Positions 50,011 through 59,399 of a stretch of DNA of 64,000 bases are shown one piece after another (position 1 is the first letter of the stretch; the number at the start of each line of letters is the position of its first letter). The DNA comes from Nitrospirales bacterium (GTDB lineage Bacteria; Nitrospirota; Nitrospiria; Nitrospirales; UBA8639): contig OY820905.2 in the NCBI GenBank assembly GCA_963555755.3, positions 2,112,001 through 2,176,000 on the forward strand. Reading direction: 5' to 3'. Both the position numbers and the translations under genes were made by a program. The notes beneath the pieces are model-generated. The model was not told where the DNA came from and did not search any database. It worked only from the letters and a program-made list of their open reading frames with translations.

Positions 50011-52004
50011 GTAGGGTCGAGGACTGGCGCGCCAACGGTAGGGTTCGGTGGCTCCTCCACCCCTTTCGGAATGGGCCTCAGTCCGACTCCCCTGGTCACG
50101 GTTCCAGTCCCCGCCACCTCAAACCCGGCGTGCTGATTTCCAGCACCGGGCTTTCCTGGATGCTTCACCTCAAGGGTTATGTGACCTATCAGCCTGGAAG
50201 GACTTTCATGCCGACCCGTTGTACCGCACTCGGTAATCTCCATATAAGCCAAGTACCGTGTAGAGCCAAACCTTACTCCACCTCTTCCAGCCAAAACCTC
50301 GACGGTGGCGCACTCGCATCATGTGCCGCCGGACCTTCCGCTCCACCCAATCCTTCACGTAGGATAAACACCGACTCGCATGCCCAATCCGGAAGTAGTT
50401 CACCCAGCCCCGTACGATCGGATTGATCATGGCGATCATCCGTCCCACCGGCTGGGATTGCCCGCGTCGGAACACTTCCTTGAGCTTCCGCAGCAACGCG
50501 GTGCGCCGCTTCACCTTCGGTATGTACTGCGGGCGCCACACTCCACGCCGCGACCGCACACGCCGAAAGTCAAAGCCCAGAAAGCCGAAGCTGCCTCCCT
50601 GACTCAGGTCCACGATTCGGCTCTTCTCCTCATTCACCTGAAGGTCTAATTGGGCCAACGCCTCTCGCAGCTTCCGCTCCGCGACCTGCGCCAGTTGTGC
50701 GTGGCGGCGATAGCCATCCACTAACACGACGAGGTCATCCGCAAACCGGACATACTCGAGATACGTATACTGGCCCTGCCGGGTTGTCTCCTTCAGCTGC
50801 TCCAGCCTCTCATCCACTTCCGTGAGATAGAGGTTGGCCAGCAGCGGGGAAATCACACCCCCTTGAGGCACCCCACGCGGGCCGGACGCCTTGACGATGA
50901 GTTTCACCAGCCGCAGGATCGCGGGATCCTGGATGCGTCGGGCCACCTTCGCCAGCAGCCGGTCATGCCGCACCGTGTCGAAGAAGGCCGCCAGATCCAC
51001 ATCAATCACTCGCGTCTTGTTCTGCACCATCGCCTGAGCCACCCGGCCAATCGCCTGGTGGGCTGTCCGTTTCGGTCGATACCCATACGACCCATCACGA
51101 AAATCCGCCTCAAAGATCGGTTCCAGCAGGAGCTTGAGCGCTCCCTGTACCACGCGGTCCCGAATCGCGGGTATCCCTAAGACGCGGACTCGTCCACCGC
51201 CTTTCGAAATCTCCACGTGCCGGTTCCGCATCGGTCGGTAGGTCTGCGTGACCAGTTCGTCCCGTAGTCGTGCAAGAAAGGGCTCCACCCCCGTGGCCTC
51301 GATGCCAGCAAACGTCACCCCATCAATGCCGGGGGCTCCGTTGTTTTTCTTGGCCATCGAATAGGCCGCGCGTAGCGTCGCCTCTTTGCACACGTGGACG
51401 TACAGGCCCCACACCCGCCATCGCTTCTCAGCCTTCGCCTTGACGTAGAGCCGCTGTCGCAGGTCTTGCAGTGTAATGGACGCCGTTGTCATCTCGTCCC
51501 TGCCTCCCATGTTGATCACAGCCTACAGCCAGTAGGGCTCCTTTGCTCCACAGGCATGACCCTGCTTCCTCGCTCCTACGAGCCCCTCCGCCACCCTCTC
51601 GTCTTCGGCTCACTTCCCAGAGAGCTGGTTATAGAGCCGATCTTCCTCCAGGGATTTCTCCCTGGGACGAGGAGGGCTTCTCCAGTTGCGTCGTCTGTCC
51701 TTGCTCCCGTGCTGTCGCTCTCACCCCGCCGGAGTGGCCAGGCGTCTCAGCCTTGGTTCGCCTGTCCATGCCGTCTTCGTCCTACGGACAGGGACTCGAC
51801 CTCCGAGGTTTCATACTTTCGAGGCTACCTCTGCGTTCACTTGCGTTACGGCCCGGGAACTCGCTCACCATCCTCTACGATGGCTTTGTCGATGGGCTTC
51901 AGCGTCTCGGTTTCTCTCCACGCTGCCATCCAAGCTACAGGGCTCAGGCTCTTACCCTGGTGGGCTTGCTTCCCACTGAACAGTCTCGCCTTACCTGGAC
52001 ACAC
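50011..52004 (-). mobile_element. Group II intron, tandem copy B
   Basis: Directly abuts copies A and C (..CCCTAC|GTGTG..). Confidence 0.93.
50206..51519 (-). CDS. ltrA: Group II intron reverse transcriptase/maturase
   Basis: As copy A, but WVNYF instead of WVNDF. Confidence 0.95.
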   Translation of the reverse strand: MINMGGRDEMTTASITLQDLRQRLYVKAKAEKRWRVWGLYVHVCKEATLRAAYSMAKKNNGAPGIDGVTFAGIEATGVEPFLARLRDELVTQTYRPMRNRHVEISKGGGRVRVLGIPAIRDRVVQGALKLLLEPIFEADFRDGSYGYRPKRTAHQAIGRVAQAMVQNKTRVIDVDLAAFFDTVRHDRLLAKVARRIQDPAILRLVKLIVKASGPRGVPQGGVISPLLANLYLTEVDERLEQLKETTRQGQYTYLEYVRFADDLVVLVDGYRRHAQLAQVAERKLREALAQLDLQVNEEKSRIVDLSQGGSFGFLGFDFRRVRSRRGVWRPQYIPKVKRRTALLRKLKEVFRRGQSQPVGRMIAMINPIVRGWVNYFRIGHASRCLSYVKDWVERKVRRHMMRVRHRRGFGWKRWSKVWLYTVLGLYGDYRVRYNGSA

Positions 52005-53998
52005 GTAGGGTCGAGGACTGGCGCGCCAACGGTAGGGGTCGGTGGCTCCTCCACCCCTTTCAGAGTGGGCCTCAATCCGACTCCCCTGGTCACGGTTCCA
52101 GTCCCCGCCACCTCAAACCCGGCGTGCTGATTTCCAGCACCGGGCTTTCCTGGATGCTTCACCTCAAGGGTTATGTGACCTATCAGCCTGGAAGGACTTT
52201 CATGCCGACCCGTTGTACCGCACTCGGTAATCTCCATATAAGCCAAGTACCGTGTAGAGCCAAACCTTACTCCACCTCTTCCAGCCAAAACCTCGACGGT
52301 GGCGCACTCGCATCATGTGCCGCCGGACCTTCCGCTCCACCCAATCCTTCACGTAGGATAAACACCGACTCGCATGCCCAATCCGGAAGTAGTTCACCCA
52401 GCCCCGTACGATCGGATTGATCATGGCGATCATCCGTCCCACCGGCTGGGATTGCCCGCGTCGGAACACTTCCTTGAGCTTCCGCAGCAACGCGGTGCGC
52501 CGCTTCACCTTCGGTATGTACTGCGGGCGCCACACTCCACGCCGCGACCGCACACGCCGAAAGTCAAAGCCCAGAAAGCCGAAGCTGCCTCCCTGACTCA
52601 GGTCCACGATCCGGCTCTTCTCCTCATTCACCTGAAGGTCTAATTGGGCCAACGCCTCTCGCAGCTTCCGCTCCGCAACCTGCGCCAGTCGTGCGTGGCG
52701 GCGATAGCCATCCACTAACACGACGAGGTCATCCGCAAACCGGACATACTCGAGATACGTATACTGGCCCTGCCGGGTTGTCTCCTTCAGCTGCTCCAGC
52801 CTCTCATCCACTTCCGTGAGATAGAGGTTGGCCAGCAGCGGGGAAATCACACCCCCTTGAGGCACCCCACGCGGGCCGGACGCCTTGACGATGAGTTTCA
52901 CCAGCCGCAGGATCGCGGGATCCTGGATGCGTCGGGCCACCTTCGCCAGCAGCCGGTCATGCCGCACCGTGTCGAAGAAGGCCGCCAGATCCACATCAAT
53001 CACTCGCGTCTTGTTCTGCACCATCGCCTGAGCCACCCGGCCAATCGCCTGATGGGCTGTCCGTTTCGGTCGATACCCATACGACCCGTCCCGAAAATCC
53101 GCCTCAAAGATCGGTTCCAGCAGGAGCTTGAGCGCTCCCTGTACCACGCGGTCCCGAATCGCGGGTATCCCTAAGACGCGGACTCGTCCACCGCCTTTCG
53201 AAATCTCCACGTGCCGGTTCCGCATCGGTCGGTAGGTCTGCGTGACCAGTTCGTCCCGTAGTCGTGCAAGAAAGGGCTCCACCCCCGTGGCCTCGATGCC
53301 AGCAAACGTCACCCCATCAATGCCGGGGGCTCCGTTGTTCTTCTTCGCCATCGCATAGGCCGCGCGTAGCGTCGCCTCTTTGCACACGTGGACGTACAGG
53401 CCCCACACCCGCCATCGCTTCTCAGCCTTCGCCTTGACGTAGAGCCGCTGTCGCAGGTCTTGCAGTGTAATGGACGCCGTTGTCATCTCGTCCCTGCCTC
53501 CCATGTTGATCACAGCCTACAGCCAGTAGGGCTCCTTTGCTCCACAGGCATTACCCTGCTTCCTCGCTCCTACGAGCCCCTCCGCCACCCTCTCGTCTTC
53601 GACTCACTTCCCAGAGAGCTGGTTATAGAGCCGATCTTCCTCCAGGGATTTCTCCCTGGGACGAGGAGGGCTTCTCCAGTTGCGTCGTCTGTCCTTGCTC
53701 CCGTGCTGTCGCTCTCACCCCGCCGGAGTGGCCAGGCGTCTCAGCCTTGGTTCGCCTGTCCATGCCGTCTTCGTCCTACGGACAGGGACTCGACCTCCGA
53801 GGTTTCATACTTTCGAGGCTACCTCTGCGTTCACTTGCGTTACGGCCCGGGAACTCGCTCACCATCCTCTACGATGGCTTTGTCGATGGGCTTCAGCGTC
53901 TCGGTTTCTCTCCACGCTGCCATCCAAGCTACAGGGCTCCGGCTCTTACCCTGGTGGGCTTGCTTCCCACTGAACAGTCTCGCCTTACCTGGACACAC
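52005..53998 (-). mobile_element. Group II intron, tandem copy C
   Basis: Its 5' end abuts the host intron DV hairpin. Confidence 0.93.
52200..53513 (-). CDS. ltrA: Group II intron reverse transcriptase/maturase
   Basis: As copy B, with AAYAM and HARLA variants. Confidence 0.95.
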   Translation of the reverse strand: MINMGGRDEMTTASITLQDLRQRLYVKAKAEKRWRVWGLYVHVCKEATLRAAYAMAKKNNGAPGIDGVTFAGIEATGVEPFLARLRDELVTQTYRPMRNRHVEISKGGGRVRVLGIPAIRDRVVQGALKLLLEPIFEADFRDGSYGYRPKRTAHQAIGRVAQAMVQNKTRVIDVDLAAFFDTVRHDRLLAKVARRIQDPAILRLVKLIVKASGPRGVPQGGVISPLLANLYLTEVDERLEQLKETTRQGQYTYLEYVRFADDLVVLVDGYRRHARLAQVAERKLREALAQLDLQVNEEKSRIVDLSQGGSFGFLGFDFRRVRSRRGVWRPQYIPKVKRRTALLRKLKEVFRRGQSQPVGRMIAMINPIVRGWVNYFRIGHASRCLSYVKDWVERKVRRHMMRVRHRRGFGWKRWSKVWLYTVLGLYGDYRVRYNGSA

Positions 53999-54701
53999 AT
54001 CCGTGCGTATGGTTTTCCCATACACGGCTTTCCGATGTTCTTCTTCCAGCGGCATGCGTCTGTCATCAGGCAATAGCCACATTCAGACTTGGCCTTCTGA
54101 GATAGTTTCCTCTGTAGTGTCCTGATCGTGCTCGGGGTGGTTAGCGCAATGGCAATCCCCTGATCCTCCACTCGTCGGAAACGTGAACAAAGTAGGGTCC
54201 CTTCCCTCGGGCCGGGTTGTGTTGTCCCAGGCTCTCCAACGGTACTATGAACCCCTCCGACTCCCACGACGGCCCGCAGCGATTTCGGTATCCCTTATAC
54301 GCCTCAGTTGCTGGTTCTGCGCCAGCACCGTCGCGGGTCTCCCGTCCTGCACGGTGTCTCTTCCGCCACATGCCATCCCTGCTACCCCGGAAGATCCTGA
54401 GGGTGGGTGTTCGTTCTACTCCCTCAAACGGCGGCCTTCCCCTTCTGACCACAGGGTCGGCATCTCCAATTCGTTTACGAGGCTACATCTAGGTTCGCTT
54501 GCGCTACGGCCTGCGGCTTTGCCCATGGGAAACTTCAACCCCTGATTACTCAGACGCTGCTTCCTGGTGCTAGAAAGGTGTACGAACAACTCCTTTCGCG
54601 GGACTTCAACCCGCTAGACACACCGCCGATGACGGCATGCGGTCAAGTCACTTGCTTCATGATAAAGAAAAGGAAAAGGGGTCAGAAAAGGGGTCAGAAA
54701 A

Positions 54702-55734
54702 GGGGTCAAGTCACTTGCTTCATGATAAAAAAGTAGTTAGACTCTGGTCATGCCTCGACCTCCTCGGATGGAATACGAGCATGCGGTGTATCATGTCATG
54801 AATCGTGGCCGGGCTCGGCACCCGGTGTTTCATGATGCCCGGTACTATCGAGCCTTTCTCGACACGTTGGCCGAGCTGCATACCCGCTTCCAGGGTGTGA
54901 TTCATGCCTATTGCTTGATGGGCAATCACTATCATGTCTTGCTGGAAACTCCCAGGGCCAATCTCAGTCGCATGATGCGCCATCTTAACGGGGTGTATAC
55001 GCAACGGCATAATCGTCTCAAACGTACTGATGGCTCTTTGTTTCGAGGCCGCTATAAAGCCATTTTGGTGGAGCACGATGCCTATTTGCTCCACGTGTCC
55101 CGGTATATCCATCGAAACCCTCTTGACGGCATACGGCCGCTGGTCACGAATTTGTCTGATTATCCCTGGTCGAGCTATCCGACATATATCGGTCAAGCGA
55201 AGCCGGCACCGTGGTTGTGCCGGGAACCGACGTATCGCCTGCTTGGGCATGTGCACCGGTATCGCGGGTATGCTCGCTACGTGCTAGAGGGCAACGATAA
55301 AGAAATCGAGTATTTTTCCCAACGGGGTAATAGGGCGGCCATTATGGGAGGGCAGGAGTTCAAATCTTGGGTCTATGACGAATTACTGCCGGATCTTGAA
55401 GCGGAGGAGAAAGGGCAGGTGATCCAGCCGAGTCTTGCAATCGACACTATGATCACTGGGGTGGCCAAGGCCTATCGCACGACACCAGACCGGCTGACCA
55501 TGGTAGTGAAAGGGCCGCAAAAAGGGAATGAGGCTCGGAAACTGGCGATGTATCTGTGTCAGGAATTAGCGGATGTGAAACTTCAGGACATTGCGCCCTG
55601 CTTCCATCTGCGTCATAGCGGTTCGGTGAGTTTTATCACCCACCAGGTCAGAAAGAAGAAACGAGACGAGAAGGGATTTGCCGCTAGAATGAACGAGGTG
55701 ATTGAAAGTATTCTGAAGCAATCGACTTGACCCC
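54702..55734 (+). mobile_element. TIR-bounded HUH/Y1 (RAYT-like) element, copy 1
   Basis: Left GGGGTCAAGTCACTTGCTTCA and right TGAAGCAATCGACTTGACCCC are inverted at 19/21 positions; GAAAAGGGGTCA x3 on the left. Confidence 0.88.
54750..55730 (+). CDS. Y1/HUH (RAYT-like) transposase with C-terminal DnaA-like HTH
   Basis: YHVMNRG, YCLMGNHYH (HUH), LFRGRYKA, YIHRNP, YPWSSY; C-terminal ARKLAMYLCQE..LQDIAPCF..SVS. Confidence 0.92.
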   Translation: MPRPPRMEYEHAVYHVMNRGRARHPVFHDARYYRAFLDTLAELHTRFQGVIHAYCLMGNHYHVLLETPRANLSRMMRHLNGVYTQRHNRLKRTDGSLFRGRYKAILVEHDAYLLHVSRYIHRNPLDGIRPLVTNLSDYPWSSYPTYIGQAKPAPWLCREPTYRLLGHVHRYRGYARYVLEGNDKEIEYFSQRGNRAAIMGGQEFKSWVYDELLPDLEAEEKGQVIQPSLAIDTMITGVAKAYRTTPDRLTMVVKGPQKGNEARKLAMYLCQELADVKLQDIAPCFHLRHSGSVSFITHQVRKKKRDEKGFAARMNEVIESILKQST

Positions 55735-56190
55735 TATTCGACCCCTATTCTTGACCCCTATTCATAGGGCGGCCATTATGGGAGGGCAGGAGTTCAAATC
55801 TTGGGTCTATGACGAATTACTGCCGGATCTTGAAGCGGAGGAGAAAGGGCAGGTGATCCAGCCGAGTCTTGCAATCGACACTATGATCACTGGGGTGGCC
55901 AAGGCCTATCGCACGACACCAGACCGGCTGACCATGGTAGTGAAAGGGCCGCAAAAAGGGAATGGGGCTCGGAAACTGGCGATGTATCTGTGTCAGGAAT
56001 TAGCGGATGTGAAACTTCAGGACATTGCGCCCTGCTTCCATCTGCGTCATAGCGGTTCGGTGAGTTTTATCACCCACCAGGTCAGAAAGAAGAAACGAGA
56101 CGAGAAGGGATTTGCCGCTAGAATGAACGAGGTGATTGAAAGTATTCTGAAGCAATCGACTTGACCCCTATTTGACTTGACCCCTATTTT
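55735..56190 (+). repeat. 3'-coterminal duplications of the Y1 element end (including a ~400-bp copy of the gene 3' part)
   Basis: GACCCCTATTC units, then 55765-56168 repeats 55330-55734, then GACTTGACCCCTATT. Confidence 0.9.
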
Positions 56191-57812
56191 ATTATGTCAT
56201 AAACAATTTGTAACGTTAATTATAGTACAAAACCTATATTGAGAAATCATTTAGCGATCAAAAAATTGATCAAAATTAATTAAAATTAGCCCTAACAAAG
56301 TGAATTTTCTTATTTTTCCGATCTCCACATTTTGTTCGATTCTTAAATAGTTTATAGTTATACCAGTTTTGTTGAGTGGTCATAGTAGAAGTCAGCTAAT
56401 GTTATTTTTATTAACTTTGACATCTTTAGGATTTCTTGGATTTTTGTCTTATGATGTTTTTGCTGAACCTACATTCACACTTGAGTGGGATGGAACTTCA
56501 CAACATGATAATACCGTAAATGTTGGTGACACTATTGCTTGGGAATGGATTGGTCTTCAACATAATTTAGTATGGGATGACGAAACAGGAGTTCCTCTAC
56601 CTGATCCATCGTTTGGATTTCCAGATATCGTTGATGAACCAAATACCTACGCATTTACATTTACTGAACCTGGAGAATACTATTATCACTGTACAATTCA
56701 TTCAGAGCAATCTGGTGTTGTAACTGTTCTACCGTCGCCTATCACACTTGAGTGGGATGGAACTTCACAACATGATAATACCGTAAATGTTGGTGACACT
56801 ATTGCTTGGGAATGGATTGGTCTTCAACATAATTTAGTATGGGATGACGAAACAGGAGTTCCTCTACCTGATCCATCGTTTGGATTTCCAGATATCGTTG
56901 ATGAACCAAATACCTACGCATTTACATTTACTGAACCTGGAGAATACAACTATCACTGTACAGTCCATGAAGAACAATTTGGAGTTGTAATTGTTGAATC
57001 ATCTGAAGAACCTGTACTTGCTTGGGCTGGATCTTCACAACATGATAATACCGTAAATGTTGGTGATACACTTACTTGGGAATGGGGTGGAAATAGTCAT
57101 AATTTAGTATGGGATCCAGAATCAGGAGTTCCTCTACCTGATCCATCATTTGGATTTCCAGATATTGTTAATGCTCCAAATACATACGCATTTACATTTA
57201 CTGAACCTGGACAATACTTCTATCACTGTGAAGTTCACTCACAACAATTTGGAGTTGTAACTGTTCTACCGCCAGCAAGTTGGCCAAACTGGGGAGGGGA
57301 CTTGTCTAACACAAAGAATGCCTCAACCGAATCTCAACTGTCTCCTGATAATATTGACGCTCTCATAGAAGATTGGATATACACCACTGATGGCTCTGTA
57401 GTTTCATTTGTTACTGTTCAAGGAAATGATGCATACTTTGTTAGTAGAGTAACTCCTGATGGTCAATCTTTTCCTGCAGCAGATGCAATGCTTAATTCTA
57501 TTAATCGTATAACTGGAGAACTCAATTGGGCATTCCCAATTTCAAGTTATGTTGAATCCTCATCTAATCCATCTCTTGTAAATGATGATGCTAGAGTCTC
57601 ACCTGCAATACAAGATGATATTTTAGTTGTGGGTACACAATATGCAGCAAATGGTGCAACTGTCTTTGCAGTTGACAGAAACACTGGCGATGAACTTTGG
57701 GAAACTGCAGTAGATGATCACATATATTCTATAATCACAAGCTCTCCTACAATTTATCAGGATAGAGTCTATGTTGGTGTTTCTTCTCTTGAAGAATTAT
57801 GGGCAGGAATTA

Positions 57813-59399
57813 CCCAAGATCCGCGATGGGTTTGGTCAACAGAGGTCCTTTGGCAAAACCCACGTGTTCGCGCCATTGCTTAGTCAATGGTCTGGCTGGA
57901 TTTGAGCCACCTCCCAGAGTTGCCTGTCCTGACATGGGATCGACCAGCCTTTTGGGCAGACCACTCCCTTCCTGCTTCCTTCTTCTCTTGTGCTGTCCCC
58001 TGCCCCGGCTTAATAAGGCTGGGCAGCTTCTGCACAGCGCGTCCGAATCTCCTCACACAAGCCCCACAGCTGTTGTTGCACTTTGAGGATCACGGCACCA
58101 GCATGCCGGACCACTTTGCCCGCCACCTGATACAGCCGCCAACGCACCGTGCGCACTTGGCACTGGCTCCAGGCATAGGGCAACGCCAACAACTTGAACA
58201 ACACAAACAGGTTGTAGGCTAACACGCCAATGCGAAAGAAGACGGCATTGGCCGCGAAGGTCCCACACGGAAGCCGTTCCATGCCAAAGCCACTCTTCAG
58301 TTCTTTGATGCGATTCTCGCTGGTCTCGCCCCGCTGGTTGTACCATCGTACAATCTCCTCAGGGGTTCCATCTCGGTTCGTCGCAATCAGCGTGTAGCGC
58401 AGGCTGGGGGCCTCGGGGGCAAACAGATCCTGTTGCACGGGCCGTCGCAATACGATGAGGCGAAAGGCTTGCTTGGTCTTCGCCATACAATGTACCGTTT
58501 CAGCGAGATGGCCATCTCGGTAGGGTTGCCACTGGCTCTCAGGGATGGCGGCAATGACGGCCTGCACGGCCGTATCCTGCACGCCCCCAATCGCAAACGT
58601 CACGTTGTGCTCCTCGCACCAATTGAACAACTCCGCTTGGTACGCCGCACTATCCGCCCGCACATGAGCAATCCGTTTGCCTTTGGGCATCTGCGCCGCA
58701 CACGCCTGGGTGAATTCAAGATTGCGGGACGCCGGAGCCTCATTCCCTTCACGAAACTCCTCCCCAAGCACCAGCCCATTTTCCGCCAGGTGCCCCAGCA
58801 TCGGCAGATAGCCTCGCTCCCCCTTGTACGTCCATTTGGCTGCCTGCTTCTCCGCGACAATCTGCGTGGCATCAAGATCGAGGGTATAGTCCGTGCGCGG
58901 TTCCCGCTTCAACGCCCGCCGGATCTGCTGCTGATTGACGACGGCTAAACTTGCTAAACCATCCTTCTCCCCCATGCGTCGCAGCCAATCGCCCGTGGCA
59001 TCGGCACTGGGAACCACGGGGAGTCGCAGCACGGCCCGCAAGCCCGCATCCTCGCGAATCTGGCGCAGATCCTCCAGCGTCCGGCCCCCGCCATGCAACA
59101 TCAGCAGCAGGGGCTCGACAAATTGGGCGGGGTGATAGCCGATGCGGCTCCCGGGCGCGGGCAAGGCCGCATTGAGTTGCCGGGGCACATTCATGGCTTG
59201 GAGAAACTCCCCGAACAGCGCCAGCCCGCCATGAGCGGTGAGCTGTTCGTCGGTGGGCTCAAGCTTGAACGGAAGAACGGTTTGTGGCATCATTCGTTTC
59301 ACCTCGTTGGTGAGGAGTGGCTAAGGGGGTAGGCACCCGTATCTTAGCAAATCAACGAGGTTTTTTTATGCCCAAAATAAATCCATCGCGGATCTTGGG
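57813..59399 (-). mobile_element. IS1380-family element, complete
   Basis: TIRs CCCAAGATCCGCGATGG; 5-bp TSD AATTA at 57808-57812 and 59400-59404. Confidence 0.95.
58010..59302 (-). CDS. IS1380-family transposase
   Basis: LTAHGGL, LDLDAT, VRADSA, YNQRGETSENRIKELK, LAYNL. Confidence 0.93.
   Translation of the reverse strand: MKRMMPQTVLPFKLEPTDEQLTAHGGLALFGEFLQAMNVPRQLNAALPAPGSRIGYHPAQFVEPLLLMLHGGGRTLEDLRQIREDAGLRAVLRLPVVPSADATGDWLRRMGEKDGLASLAVVNQQQIRRALKREPRTDYTLDLDATQIVAEKQAAKWTYKGERGYLPMLGHLAENGLVLGEEFREGNEAPASRNLEFTQACAAQMPKGKRIAHVRADSAAYQAELFNWCEEHNVTFAIGGVQDTAVQAVIAAIPESQWQPYRDGHLAETVHCMAKTKQAFRLIVLRRPVQQDLFAPEAPSLRYTLIATNRDGTPEEIVRWYNQRGETSENRIKELKSGFGMERLPCGTFAANAVFFRIGVLAYNLFVLFKLLALPYAWSQCQVRTVRWRLYQVAGKVVRHAGAVILKVQQQLWGLCEEIRTRCAEAAQPY

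Larger units (their letters stand above)
47913..54640 (-). mobile_element. ORF-less group II intron (746 nt of its own) interrupted in domain V
   Basis: DV AAGCCGTGTATGGGAAAACCATACGCACGGAT|TGATGAGGG; 3' end CTACTCTAC; IEP remnant TPSTIRTLQRKLSQKAKSE at ~54085-54145. Confidence 0.85.

Noticed and set aside
48212..53513. Retron, DGR or defence RT
   Set aside because: The RT has domain X and lies within a GTGTG...DV...AC ribozyme; no TR/VR pair or msr-msd is evident.
49400..54545. Repeated 100-245-aa ORFs in intron non-coding regions
   Set aside because: They overlap structured intron RNA or its antisense strand and have no recognisable motifs.
55727..56164. Separate 145-aa HTH gene
   Set aside because: It is a duplication of the transposase 3' end, with a start formed by repeat sequence.
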